A stretch of 30,553 bases of DNA from a virus (Duplodnaviria > Caudoviricetes), in the IMG/VR virus record IMGVR_UViG_3300020276_000004, positions 1-30,553 of that record, one strand, 5' to 3'. Below are positions 18,501-27,552 of this stretch, one piece after another. The translations under genes and the position numbers were made by a program. How positions within the stretch are numbered: the stretch's first letter is position 1; every line of letters begins with the position of its first letter. The notes below the pieces were generated by a model. The model had not been told where the DNA came from. It saw only the letters and a list, made by a program, of their open reading frames with translations, and did no database searches.

Positions 18501-19322
18501 TTATTCGCCTAAGTCAAATACATCTAGCATATTAGCATTCTTATGTATTTTCATATTATTAGGAGAAGAAAACTCAATAATATCTAACTGAGCCATAGGA
18601 GGACTCCATAGAGTATTCATTGTGTCTACAGTTAAAATATGTGCTAACCTTGCAGTCCTAATTGCATCTTCTTCTGACATCTTAGCTTTTTTGTAAGCAT
18701 TAGTAACTTGTGACCAGAACCAGTTTTCATCTGCTTCTGTTCCATCTTTTGGTGTCAAAAGTTTTTCAGCAGTAACTTCACCAATACCTCTAACTCCTTT
18801 ATAGTTATCAGCAGCATCACCAGTCAATATTTGTTTATAAAAGTTTTTCATAGCAACATTCTTTTCTATTGTTACTACTTCTCCATTTATAAGATGCTGA
18901 CCTGCGATTTGTCTAAGGTCTTTATCTGGTGACCATATAATATATTTATCTGGGTCTTTTGTGGCATAAATACCAAGCAAATCATCAGCCTCAAGATGTT
19001 CCATAGATTTTGCTCTATACTTCTTTTTTAGATGAGCACGAACTGCAGATAAACCCATAGGTTTTCTTTTATCAATTCTGTTTGCTTTATATTCAGTATC
19101 TATTTCTTTCCTAAATACTTTTTTACCAGAAAGAAAAACCATTTTCTTTTTACAACCAGACTGCTCCATAAGACTATCTATAATCTCATCAGCTTTCTGA
19201 TTAGTCTCAGACTCATAACTATGTAGAGTCCAGAGGTCATCATCCCATTGTATAGGATGTTCTGAGCCAGATGCAGCTTGATAAGCTACAATGTCTCCGT
19301 CAATCAGTAGTACTTTTTCCAT
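18501..19322 (-). CDS. 5'-3' exonuclease (gp6-like)
   Basis: LLIDGDI.AY, FRK.I...YKANR, LEADDL.GI, S.DKDL.QI, LTGDAADNYKGV.GIG. Confidence 0.93.
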   Translation of the reverse strand: MEKVLLIDGDIVAYQAASGSEHPIQWDDDLWTLHSYESETNQKADEIIDSLMEQSGCKKKMVFLSGKKVFRKEIDTEYKANRIDKRKPMGLSAVRAHLKKKYRAKSMEHLEADDLLGIYATKDPDKYIIWSPDKDLRQIAGQHLINGEVVTIEKNVAMKNFYKQILTGDAADNYKGVRGIGEVTAEKLLTPKDGTEADENWFWSQVTNAYKKAKMSEEDAIRTARLAHILTVDTMNTLWSPPMAQLDIIEFSSPNNMKIHKNANMLDVFDLGE

Positions 19323-19761
19323 TTTTTTCTCCAATCTTTGGTACTAGGTTTTTATAAAGTTTTAGTGTGTCTTTTGCAAATAGTTTTGATAAATTAATTA
19401 AATACATTTTAGATGCATAGTTATCACCACCATTTACTATTTTTTCGTAATCTAAATTCTTTATAACTTGTTTCAATACTTTTACATCAAACACAAGTGT
19501 ACAAAAAACTTGACTACCTACTGAAAGATTGTGAAACCAGTAGTCAGCTTTAGTAGCTGCAATGCCACTTGGTTTACCATAACTTTCAAATTCGATTGCT
19601 ATATTACCAGAACGAGTCCACACATCTCTTTCTGTTTTTACTTCAATCTTTTTATTCTCAAGCATATCGAGAATCTTATCTTCGTGTAGCTTTCCAAAAG
19701 CAAGGTCAATATCAAAGTCCTTGCGAGTCTCTTTAGTGGGTCTCAGCCCAGTTCTTTCCAA
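19300..19761 (-). CDS. Conserved phage protein with PD-(D/E)XK-like nuclease signature
   Basis: FDIDL..G..HE...IEVKTERD.W..SGNIAIE.ESYGKPSGI..T.ADYW; probable TTG start at 19761 after GGAGAG. Confidence 0.7.
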   Translation of the reverse strand: MERTGLRPTKETRKDFDIDLAFGKLHEDKILDMLENKKIEVKTERDVWTRSGNIAIEFESYGKPSGIAATKADYWFHNLSVGSQVFCTLVFDVKVLKQVIKNLDYEKIVNGGDNYASKMYLINLSKLFAKDTLKLYKNLVPKIGEKNGKSTTD

Positions 19762-21505
19762 TTTTGAACTCTCCGTCAAGGGGTACTCTGAGGTTGTAAT
19801 ACTCTCCTGCTTTTTTGATTGCTTCGACACAGATTTTACCAATTTCTTCTCCTTTATGTTTTTTAACTAATACTTGCACTTCATCGTGTACATAGGCTAC
19901 TTGTTTATAACAACAACCATCTATATAGCCTCTTTCTTTTAACAAATCGTGAAATATAACAATCCATCGTTTTGTTAAAATTGCTCCACAACTTTGGAGA
20001 AGAGTATTTAGTGCTGCGTGTGGGTGCATAACTGGTATTCTCCTTTTATCAATACCAAAAATATACCCATTCTCTGCAGTTTTTTGAACAGATTCTGTTA
20101 GGTTTTTTAATGCAGGTATCTTTTTAAAGAAATCTGCTTTTATCCTGCTACCCTCTTGGCTACCTTTGCCAATAATCTTACCAAGTTTTTCGTTCCCTGC
20201 CCCATAAATGAGAGCATAGATAAAAGTTTTGGCATTATCACGAGTTGGTAACCCTGCTGCATTTTGGTTAATTGTATGGATGTCATCGTTAACAACCTGC
20301 TTACCATATCGACCATCATCCCAGTTAGCCATATAGTGGGATAAGCAACGCAACTCCAAACTACTAGCATCGCACCCCATAAGGCTGTAGTCATCATTAG
20401 CATAAAACAAACTACGACAATCCACCCCATATTCAGCTTTGACACTAGGTATTTGAGCCATATTTGGGTTCTTGTGTGTGCATCTCGAAGTGTATGTTCC
20501 CATTGGGTTAACATATCCATTTATCTTTCCTTTCTTTACTAGTTTCAACCAAGCTTGTTTACCCTCTGCAAGTTGTCCTAGCCTTTTTTGTATTGTTAAA
20601 TATTTAGTTAGTACTTTTGCCTCTGGATAATCCAAAGAACTAAGAACTCGTTCATCTACTTTAGGTAATCCAGTCTCTGTAAAAACTTTTGGCTTCCAGT
20701 CATACTTTTCTTGTAGCATTCTGGCTATATGTTCTCTACTATTTGGATTAAACTCAGTAACAGTTCTCTTTATAATAGGTACACCTTTTTCATATCCATA
20801 TTTTTTACTATTAACTTTTGGTACAAACTCTTCTTCGTGTACCCAAGCAGTTATGTCTTTCTTCAAGTCTGTCTCAATGAGACACCTCTCGTCATTCAAT
20901 TTAGAAAAAAGCTTTTGTGCTGCCTCTTCATCAAATGGAAAGCCGTGTTCTTGTTGTGCAAACAAAATTTCTTGAATTCTATGTTCCAACTTAACTGCAT
21001 CTTGAGAGTATTTTATGTTCTCAAATTTTTTATACAGACAAGTATTTAGCCAAACATCTTGCTGACAATATTGTAACATATCTTCAGAAAAAACAGAGAA
21101 GTCACTTTCTTCTGCAAACTTCCCTTTGCTTACACCTATTCTATACCCCCAAGCTTTTAGACTGTGTGAGCCTATAAGTTGTGGTGGTAAATTACCTTTT
21201 CTAAATAGTTTAAAATCTCTATTTTTTCTATCTGGAAAATATAATCTACCCAATACAAGGGTATCAACCACTATTGCTTTTGGTTCTACATCATATAATT
21301 TTTTTATGACTGGTAAGTCAAAACATATAATATTATGACCAATTAGAACTTCTGCTTTCTGTAGAAATTCTATACCATCTCCAATAGTGTCCTTTTTAAA
21401 AATGTACTCTTTATCATTGTCGCTAACATCTCTGGCAACGATACAATGTATCTTAGTAACACTCTCTAAAAGTCCGTCAGTTTCTATATCAAATACTAGT
21501 TTCAT
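19733..21505 (-). CDS. DNA polymerase family A (gp5-like) with 3'-5' exonuclease
   Basis: FDIETDG, GHNI..FD, motif A DASSLELR, motif B RDNAKTFIYALIYG, motif C VHDE. Confidence 0.97.
   Translation of the reverse strand: MKLVFDIETDGLLESVTKIHCIVARDVSDNDKEYIFKKDTIGDGIEFLQKAEVLIGHNIICFDLPVIKKLYDVEPKAIVVDTLVLGRLYFPDRKNRDFKLFRKGNLPPQLIGSHSLKAWGYRIGVSKGKFAEESDFSVFSEDMLQYCQQDVWLNTCLYKKFENIKYSQDAVKLEHRIQEILFAQQEHGFPFDEEAAQKLFSKLNDERCLIETDLKKDITAWVHEEEFVPKVNSKKYGYEKGVPIIKRTVTEFNPNSREHIARMLQEKYDWKPKVFTETGLPKVDERVLSSLDYPEAKVLTKYLTIQKRLGQLAEGKQAWLKLVKKGKINGYVNPMGTYTSRCTHKNPNMAQIPSVKAEYGVDCRSLFYANDDYSLMGCDASSLELRCLSHYMANWDDGRYGKQVVNDDIHTINQNAAGLPTRDNAKTFIYALIYGAGNEKLGKIIGKGSQEGSRIKADFFKKIPALKNLTESVQKTAENGYIFGIDKRRIPVMHPHAALNTLLQSCGAILTKRWIVIFHDLLKERGYIDGCCYKQVAYVHDEVQVLVKKHKGEEIGKICVEAIKKAGEYYNLRVPLDGEFKIGKNWAETH
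20870..20884. repeat. Palindrome copy 3 (inside DNA polymerase, encodes CLIET)
   Basis: tgtctcaatgagaca read directly. Confidence 0.95.
21380..21392 (-). promoter_or_regulatory. Candidate phage RNAP promoter variant GGACACTATTGGA
   Basis: One mismatch to the 16288-16300 copy; same orientation. Confidence 0.4.
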
Positions 21506-23126
21506 TTAGTTCATCCTTTTCATTAAAAGTAATATCATCTATATCATCTTCATCAGTAATAGTCAACTCACTCATACGAGCAGTATGTTTATCATAAGCT
21601 AGTTTACAAGCTACTCCAGTTTCTCCAGTCCACCTATTCTTTAATACTCTTACAGTTGTTGTAGGAGAATTATCAGATAAGTTTCTTTCACAACCAATAC
21701 AAATATCTGTTAGTTGTGCAATACCACTAGAACCTCTTAACTGACCAAGACTTACTCTTGCTCCATCAGTATGGTCTTTACCATCTGGTCTTTTAAGATG
21801 CGAGACTAATATCAAGCCAACCTTTAGTTCTTCTACTAATCCTCTTAGTTTTGTCATAGTATTATCAATAGTTCGTCTTTCGTCTCCCTCTGATATACCA
21901 GACACAACAATACTAATATGGTCAAGAACAATAAAAGAACATCCACAACCATTTGCAAGGTATCTAATCTTAGCCAACAAATTATCTGACTCAGTAGAAC
22001 CCCAATGGTCATAAAGATATACTCTACCAGTTCCTAGTGTTTCTTCAAAGGATTTTTTTAGTTCCTTGTCAGTTACATCTACATTACCTAGGTGTAGTGG
22101 TTTATTTAATGCAATAGACATAAGCCCAAGGGCTGACCTCTTTACACTTTCCTCAAGAGCAATATAACCAATTGTCTGTCCTTGATGTAATAAGTAATGG
22201 GCAATCTCTCTACAGAGTTGACTTTTACCTACACCAGAGCCTGCAGTTATGGTTACAATCTCTCCCTTTCGTAATCCAAGTGTTTTACCATTTAAACCAC
22301 TAAATGGATACTCAAAAGATTCAGTATCATCTGTCGATGAGACTAACTCCCATAAATCTGCTCCATTGACAATACCATCTGGTCTAAAGTCCTTGGCATC
22401 CCACATACAATCAATAAGTTCATTTACCTTTCCTGCTACCAACATTTCATTGGCATCTTTCATTGGTAAACTAGCAATCTTTGCTTTGTTGGGTGGTAGT
22501 ATGGATGCACAATCTTGAGCAGCTTTTCTACCTGCCTCATCATTGTCAAACATAAAAACAACTTTGTCGAACTTACTTAACCACTCCAAAGCTTTAGCGA
22601 CATCTTTTTTTGCCCCTGCTGCTCCGTGAGGTACAGAGACAACAGCCCACTTATTATTTAAGGCTTGGCTCATTGACAGAGCATCAATCTCTCCCTCGAC
22701 CACAGTTACTTGTTTACCACCATCTCTCCATAGCCATTGACCATACAAAGATACTTTTTCAGTCTTGCCAATAAATAAAAAATCTTTATTAGGAAATCTT
22801 AATTTTTGTGCAATGACTGTTCCTTGATTATCTTTATAGTTAGCAATCTGTACTGCTTTACCATTGTAGTTACCTACTTGATAATCCCACTTCTTGATTG
22901 TAGCTTGATTAATACTTCTCTTAGCTAATGGTTTTTGTTCACCATCTGTAATTAATCCTGCATTCACTTTTTCTCTCCTTTCTGTCTCATTGAGACAATC
23001 TTTTTCTATATACCCACACGAGAAACAATATCCGTGCCCATCGTCATAGATAGCAAACGCATCAGACGATGGGCAATTCGGACAAGGATTGTGGGTTAAG
23101 AAGTTGCTTTCTTCGTGCTCCACCAT
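21489..23126 (-). CDS. Primase-helicase (gp4-like)
   Basis: Zn finger CPNC...CFSC, TOPRIM VEGEIDA / FDND.AG, Walker A AGSGVGKS, LDHISI, LRGS..IAQL, LKNRWTGETG. Confidence 0.97.
   Translation of the reverse strand: MVEHEESNFLTHNPCPNCPSSDAFAIYDDGHGYCFSCGYIEKDCLNETERREKVNAGLITDGEQKPLAKRSINQATIKKWDYQVGNYNGKAVQIANYKDNQGTVIAQKLRFPNKDFLFIGKTEKVSLYGQWLWRDGGKQVTVVEGEIDALSMSQALNNKWAVVSVPHGAAGAKKDVAKALEWLSKFDKVVFMFDNDEAGRKAAQDCASILPPNKAKIASLPMKDANEMLVAGKVNELIDCMWDAKDFRPDGIVNGADLWELVSSTDDTESFEYPFSGLNGKTLGLRKGEIVTITAGSGVGKSQLCREIAHYLLHQGQTIGYIALEESVKRSALGLMSIALNKPLHLGNVDVTDKELKKSFEETLGTGRVYLYDHWGSTESDNLLAKIRYLANGCGCSFIVLDHISIVVSGISEGDERRTIDNTMTKLRGLVEELKVGLILVSHLKRPDGKDHTDGARVSLGQLRGSSGIAQLTDICIGCERNLSDNSPTTTVRVLKNRWTGETGVACKLAYDKHTARMSELTITDEDDIDDITFNEKDELNETSI
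22983..22997. repeat. Palindrome copy 4 (primase Zn-finger linker, encodes CLNET)
   Basis: tgtctcattgagaca read directly. Confidence 0.95.
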
Positions 23127-23521
23127 TCCCTCACATCGAAGCAAGGGCACTCTTTATCAGAAAATTCGTTATGTCCAACTACTTCTGCATCTGCATAAGG
23201 TAGTTTACATTGCCAAACTAACTTTTCAAGAGAATCCCATTGCTCCTTGGTAAAATTGTTTTCAGCTTTGTTATGTTCATCGAGTCCACCTACAAGACAA
23301 ATCGAGACACTCTTGTCATTCATTCCCTTGCAATGTGCACCAACTGCATCCATATCTCTGCCAGTTTCAACTTCACCATTTCGCCTTATGACATAATGAT
23401 ATCCAATTTTTCTCCAACCTCGTTGCCTATGCCATCTGTCGATGTCAGCAGCACCTATGTCCATATCGGCTCTAGTTGCAGCACAATGAATCATTATGTA
23501 CTCAGTAGATTCTCTACTCAT
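23096..23521 (-). CDS. N-acetylmuramoyl-L-alanine amidase (gp3.5-like lysozyme)
   Basis: IHCAAT, WH..RGW..IGYHYVI.R.G, GAH..G.N, ICLVGG, GH......CP.FDV. Confidence 0.95.
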   Translation of the reverse strand: MSRESTEYIMIHCAATRADMDIGAADIDRWHRQRGWRKIGYHYVIRRNGEVETGRDMDAVGAHCKGMNDKSVSICLVGGLDEHNKAENNFTKEQWDSLEKLVWQCKLPYADAEVVGHNEFSDKECPCFDVREWWSTKKATS

Positions 23522-23907
23522 AACCACTCCTTTGGTATTAGTTTACTTGCGAATTTGAAGCCATATTTCTCGCACCATTCAGAACAAGTCATACGGCTTC
23601 CTTGCACCCTAACATTTGGATTTTGGAAAACAAACCTAATATCAATATTAGGATGTTGTTTTTTAATAATCCTATGTTTGCGTTGGTCAGCAGACTTGAA
23701 CCACCCTTTAGCTTCAATGAATATTCCAGAGGGAAGTTTAAAATCTGGAAGATAATTTCTCTCCACAGTATATTGTAACTTCTCACTTTCATATTCATAT
23801 TTAACTTTTTGGTTGTCCAAGTCATTTGCTATACTCTCCTCAAACTTTGACCTAAAAGTCTGCTTCTTCTTTTGGTTCTTCAAAAGAGATGTCTTCTTCT
23901 TCATCAT
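23518..23907 (-). CDS. Endonuclease I / Holliday junction resolvase (gp3-like)
   Basis: FRSKFE, Y.PDF.L..GI.IEAKG, DIRFVF, WC.K.GF; start uncertain. Confidence 0.93.
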   Translation of the reverse strand: MMKKKTSLLKNQKKKQTFRSKFEESIANDLDNQKVKYEYESEKLQYTVERNYLPDFKLPSGIFIEAKGWFKSADQRKHRIIKKQHPNIDIRFVFQNPNVRVQGSRMTCSEWCEKYGFKFASKLIPKEWL

Positions 23908-24475
23908 TTCCTCCAGTAGAGTTAGTATGTGAATATCCATCTTCTTTCTTGAAACCTAAAGACTCAGCAGACTCATCGTTGTTGTCGTAAGGTACAAGAT
24001 TCAATATTTGAACCCCAACAAGTTTGAGTGATACTGAAGCCCCCATTGTAGGAGTGTAGTACGGCATTGGGTTATATGCCACTTTGACATCAGACCCATT
24101 ACCAATCAATAGTTTTTCGACTATTGGTTTATTATTAGCATCAAACATAACGACCTTTTTTTCAACTTGACCATTTTTTGTTTGAATAATTTTTTTCTGT
24201 TTGAACTTAAAGTCAAGTTCTCCAGTTTGTTTGCCATCTTGGACAACCTCAACATAAGGTACAGTACCTCTTTTAATTTTTTTGTTGGGATTGTCTGCAA
24301 CAGCTTTAGCTACAGCTTGCTCGACTGCTTTATCAATATTAGCTTGTAGCTTTGTAGCATTTTCACCTTTGAGCCTCAAGCGAATAGAATATTCACCATC
24401 AGCTACAAATTTGGTATCTGCTACTGCTATTTTTGCCCATTGGGATTTACCCATAGGTGTTACTTGATATGCCAT
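23852..24475 (-). CDS. Single-stranded DNA-binding protein (gp2.5-like)
   Basis: TP.G...WA, IGNGS.VKV, VSLKL..VQ..L, acidic tail ending in F; RBS AAGGAGA before MAYQV. Confidence 0.9.
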   Translation of the reverse strand: MAYQVTPMGKSQWAKIAVADTKFVADGEYSIRLRLKGENATKLQANIDKAVEQAVAKAVADNPNKKIKRGTVPYVEVVQDGKQTGELDFKFKQKKIIQTKNGQVEKKVVMFDANNKPIVEKLLIGNGSDVKVAYNPMPYYTPTMGASVSLKLVGVQILNLVPYDNNDESAESLGFKKEDGYSHTNSTGGNDEEEDISFEEPKEEADF

Positions 24476-24476
24476 A

Positions 24477-24638
24477 TTATTTTCTCCTTTCATCAATAAT
24501 TTTATCAAGTTCGCTTACATCTACACCAAACTCTAAGAGTTTAGCGATTATATCAAGAGGTACTGGTATGTATCTCTCTCTACAATTCTCATATAACAAA
24601 ATTAAAAAGTCTTTGTTCACTTTATCTAAATCTAACAT
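24477..24638 (-). CDS. 53-aa hypothetical protein MLDLDKVNKDFLILLYENCRERYIPVPLDIIAKLLEFGVDVSELDKIIDERRK
   Basis: Not in the ORF track; open frame filling the RNAP-SSB gap, stop 1 nt from the SSB start; start codon uncertain. Confidence 0.6.
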   Translation of the reverse strand: MLDLDKVNKDFLILLYENCRERYIPVPLDIIAKLLEFGVDVSELDKIIDERRK

Positions 24639-24657
24639 AGTCAATTCTCATAGTCAA
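24629..24657 (-). promoter_or_regulatory. Putative host sigma70 promoter for the replication block
   Basis: TTGACT-17 nt-TAGATT; tandem TTGACTATG repeats; palindrome copy 5 lies 15 nt upstream of the -35. Confidence 0.5.
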
Positions 24658-24672
24658 CCCCCTCAGAACAAC

Positions 24673-24687
24673 TGTCTCATTGAGACA
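24673..24687. repeat. Palindrome copy 5 (intergenic, abutting the RNAP stop codon)
   Basis: tgtctcattgagaca read directly. Confidence 0.95.
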
Positions 24688-27150
24688 CTAGCTAAAAAAG
24701 TAATTAGATTGTTTTACTACTTCCAAATCTAAATCACCTTTTTCTGGTTGAGGAGGTATCTCATCTGTTACCTCTTTCGCAAAAGTTTCAAAATCAGTTA
24801 AGACATCATTATTCTGATACATTTCAGAAAAACTTTGTCTGGTTAATTTATGTAGTACTGGTACATAACTTGCGTGTACTCCATAAGAATCGTGCACCAT
24901 TGCAAAATCTTTTATTCCTACTTCTACACACTTGTTAATTGTTATTGTCATAGCTGCAGAATCCATAGAATGAATAAAATTTGGAGATGCTCCATTTATA
25001 CTTCTTCTTCTGTCAGCTTTTGAAAAGTCTTGTTCTCTTACTTGTGGTTTTATCAATGTGTTATCTATGTATGTTGTTATTCTTCTTGACTTAGTCTCTG
25101 GATACATTTGTTGTACTAAAAATCCAGTAGGTGTCATCCACATAACTGGTAAATTTAATTTAGATATATTTGAAGATACTTGTTGCAACCAATCCATAAC
25201 TGTTCTAGCAGAAACAATAACTTTTCCAATACACTCCCACACTATCTGTGCCAGATAAAAAGTTGGTTGCCATAAATCATTTCCCCAAGGATGTGTAATT
25301 CCTACATCCATTTTATCAACTATATAATCTTCAATATATTGTCTAGTTGAAAAAAGTTTACCACCATATGGAACTACCATAACTGGTCTTTTTGTAGTTT
25401 TTCTATTTATTCCAAACTCTAACCATTGCCTAGCCATCTCATCGTGAGACTTTCTAGTTTCTAATACTTTTATAACTTCATTTGCAACATCTTGATAAAT
25501 ATCATTGGGTGTTTCTGACGGCACAAGATTTGTACTTATTGCTCCTACTCTGTCTCTAGCTATTGCTGAAAGATGTTGTAGTCCATTATTTGAACCATCA
25601 AGTGAAACTGGAATTCTAGAATTTATATCTCCTAGTTTTAAATTCTTTGACAACTTACTTTGTATTTCTTTCCATTCAAAACAAAAAGCTAAAAACTGCC
25701 AAGGGCTGTCTGCATCTTGCCACCACTTATACTCATAGGGATTTGTAGCAGTCTGGAGAATTTTATCTGTGTTCTCTTCTACCCATCCATTTCTATTATC
25801 AAAAGAAACCTTGTCTTCACCAAAACAATTTGCTCCGTGAACAGCTAACCAATACATACCCTCTCTGGTCAACGGAGCAGTCTCAGCAAAACATAGTAAT
25901 CCTTTTGAATAATCTGGACCTTGTGGTGTTAGGAATGATGAAGCAACATACTTTCTACCTCTAAAATCATTTTGATACACATAATAAAAACAATCAAATT
26001 CTTTAAATTTATTAGCCATAGAGATTGTACGGATTACTTGTAATCTTTTTGATGCCATTCTGGCATTTGCTTGATGTACTTTTGATGCTGCGTGTTTCCA
26101 TTCTTTCAGTTGTAAAAGTTCAGCTTCATTCATATCAGCTTTCTTTTTGTTAGGAAAAGGAGATGGTGGAAGTGGTGCATCATCTTTAGACGGAAGTCCA
26201 GACCAACTGTCTCCAGACTCCCATACTGTTTTCATAACTTCTAATACATCTTTGTTTACTGCCCATTTTGTTTTTTGTAAGGCATTTATAGCATTGTACT
26301 CCTCATCCATTTTATGGTAGTCCATCTCAGTCAAATACTTTCTGTTAGATGTCTTAATCATAGGTAAAGGTTTTATATGCCTTGTATGATATCCTCCAGA
26401 GTATGGACTAGTCCAGTCTCTAGGCTCAATAACACAAGGCATATATTTAGGAGACAATACTTCACCACGAAGATTGACGGAATTTATCCAATTGAGTGTT
26501 GTTTCAGTTGGAGCAATGTGTAACACTTTTTTATTTTTTCCGTAAGTATGTGTTACTTGTTTTATAATACCAGTTTTTGAAACAATGAGGTCAAGCACCT
26601 TGCAACCCAAGTGAAGTTTTTCTTGTATAGACCACACCTCATAATCAATCAAAGCTTTTTTATTCATAGTGTGTATGATTGCATACCTACGATAATATCT
26701 ATTTGATGTTCTGGTATTTACATCTTTAACTAGTCTCTTAAACCATTTTGGTTCATTCTTTTCAAACAAAGCAAACTTGCATTGGTCTTCCAAGGCATTC
26801 GCAATGCTCATCGCACACTTAGTCAATGTCTGATTTTTAGAAAGACTATCGACCACTTGTTTCAACCCAATATAGGCAGTCTCTTCTGGGTCTACTAACG
26901 AGAGTAGGTGAGCAGAGGAACTTAATCTACCTGCCTTGCCTTTAAATGATTCTGCAAGGAATTCATCTATGCCATTGGCTACAGAATCGACACTCTTTTT
27001 CATTGCTAGAATTCCATAAAGAGTTGTAGACTCGTTTCCCTTTTCGATAGCCTTTCTAACTTCAGAACGATAATACTCAACACCTCGTGTTTGCATATCT
27101 GACTCAAGTTCTCTTTGTATGCTATATAGTTTATTATTATATTTCATCAT
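24688..27150 (-). CDS. Single-subunit DNA-directed RNA polymerase (gp1-like)
   Basis: PC.IEP.DW...GGY, DFRGR.Y, motif A DGSNNGLQH, motif B R...KRPVM..PYG, PNFIHSMD, motif C HDSYG, C-terminal YFFS. Confidence 0.98.
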   Translation of the reverse strand: MMKYNNKLYSIQRELESDMQTRGVEYYRSEVRKAIEKGNESTTLYGILAMKKSVDSVANGIDEFLAESFKGKAGRLSSSAHLLSLVDPEETAYIGLKQVVDSLSKNQTLTKCAMSIANALEDQCKFALFEKNEPKWFKRLVKDVNTRTSNRYYRRYAIIHTMNKKALIDYEVWSIQEKLHLGCKVLDLIVSKTGIIKQVTHTYGKNKKVLHIAPTETTLNWINSVNLRGEVLSPKYMPCVIEPRDWTSPYSGGYHTRHIKPLPMIKTSNRKYLTEMDYHKMDEEYNAINALQKTKWAVNKDVLEVMKTVWESGDSWSGLPSKDDAPLPPSPFPNKKKADMNEAELLQLKEWKHAASKVHQANARMASKRLQVIRTISMANKFKEFDCFYYVYQNDFRGRKYVASSFLTPQGPDYSKGLLCFAETAPLTREGMYWLAVHGANCFGEDKVSFDNRNGWVEENTDKILQTATNPYEYKWWQDADSPWQFLAFCFEWKEIQSKLSKNLKLGDINSRIPVSLDGSNNGLQHLSAIARDRVGAISTNLVPSETPNDIYQDVANEVIKVLETRKSHDEMARQWLEFGINRKTTKRPVMVVPYGGKLFSTRQYIEDYIVDKMDVGITHPWGNDLWQPTFYLAQIVWECIGKVIVSARTVMDWLQQVSSNISKLNLPVMWMTPTGFLVQQMYPETKSRRITTYIDNTLIKPQVREQDFSKADRRRSINGASPNFIHSMDSAAMTITINKCVEVGIKDFAMVHDSYGVHASYVPVLHKLTRQSFSEMYQNNDVLTDFETFAKEVTDEIPPQPEKGDLDLEVVKQSNYFFS

Positions 27151-27295
27151 TATCTCTTTTAGGTAATCGCACTACAACAAAGGAATTACAGTTAGGACAA
27201 CTCAGATGAGTCTCCATACAATATTCTTCACATTCACTCCCTATATTATAATCATTATTCCAGATTAGTTCTGTGTTACAATGCCAACATTTCAT
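27137..27295 (-). CDS. 52-aa zinc-ribbon protein MKCWHCNTELIWNNDYNIGSECEEYCMETHLSCPNCNSFVVVRLPKRDNDEI
   Basis: Not in the ORF track; two CxxC pairs; AGGA RBS; overlaps the RNAP start. Confidence 0.8.
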   Translation of the reverse strand: MKCWHCNTELIWNNDYNIGSECEEYCMETHLSCPNCNSFVVVRLPKRDNDEI

Positions 27296-27330
27296 ACGGA
27301 ATTCCTATCACATTTCCTATCACTTTGCAA

Positions 27331-27361
27331 CAACTACTTGTTTCGCATCACAAAGTAGTTG
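27331..27361. other. 9-bp inverted repeat (CAACTACTT-13 nt-AAGTAGTTG) next to a tandem GTGATAGGAA repeat (27302-27323)
   Basis: Read directly; no U-tract, function unknown. Confidence 0.45.
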
Positions 27362-27552
27362 CGTATGTGTGTGCCGACCATAAAAATGCACAATATTAGC
27401 ATTGGGTAGTGGTTTCCTTGTATTGTCCAAGTTATCCAAAACACTTGACAAAATAATCCAAAGAGTGGTGCATAACGACTTCCATTGCCATACAACCAAA
27501 CACTAATTACTGCTAATATTGCACAAGTTATTTCTAATATTAATATGTTAAT
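27334..27552 (-). CDS. About 72-aa three-helix membrane protein (PnuC/SemiSWEET half-like), no canonical start
   Basis: Open frame INILILEITCAILAVISVWLYGNGSRYAPLFGLFCQVFWITWTIQGNHYPMLILCIFMVGTHIRNYFVMRNK; AAGGGAGA followed by ATT at RBS spacing. Confidence 0.65.
   Translation of the reverse strand: MNILILEITCAILAVISVWLYGNGSRYAPLFGLFCQVFWITWTIQGNHYPMLILCIFMVGTHIRNYFVMRNK

Noticed and set aside
27445-27476. Plus-strand TTGACA as a promoter
   Set aside because: No acceptable -10 at 16-18 nt, and it lies inside the membrane ORF.
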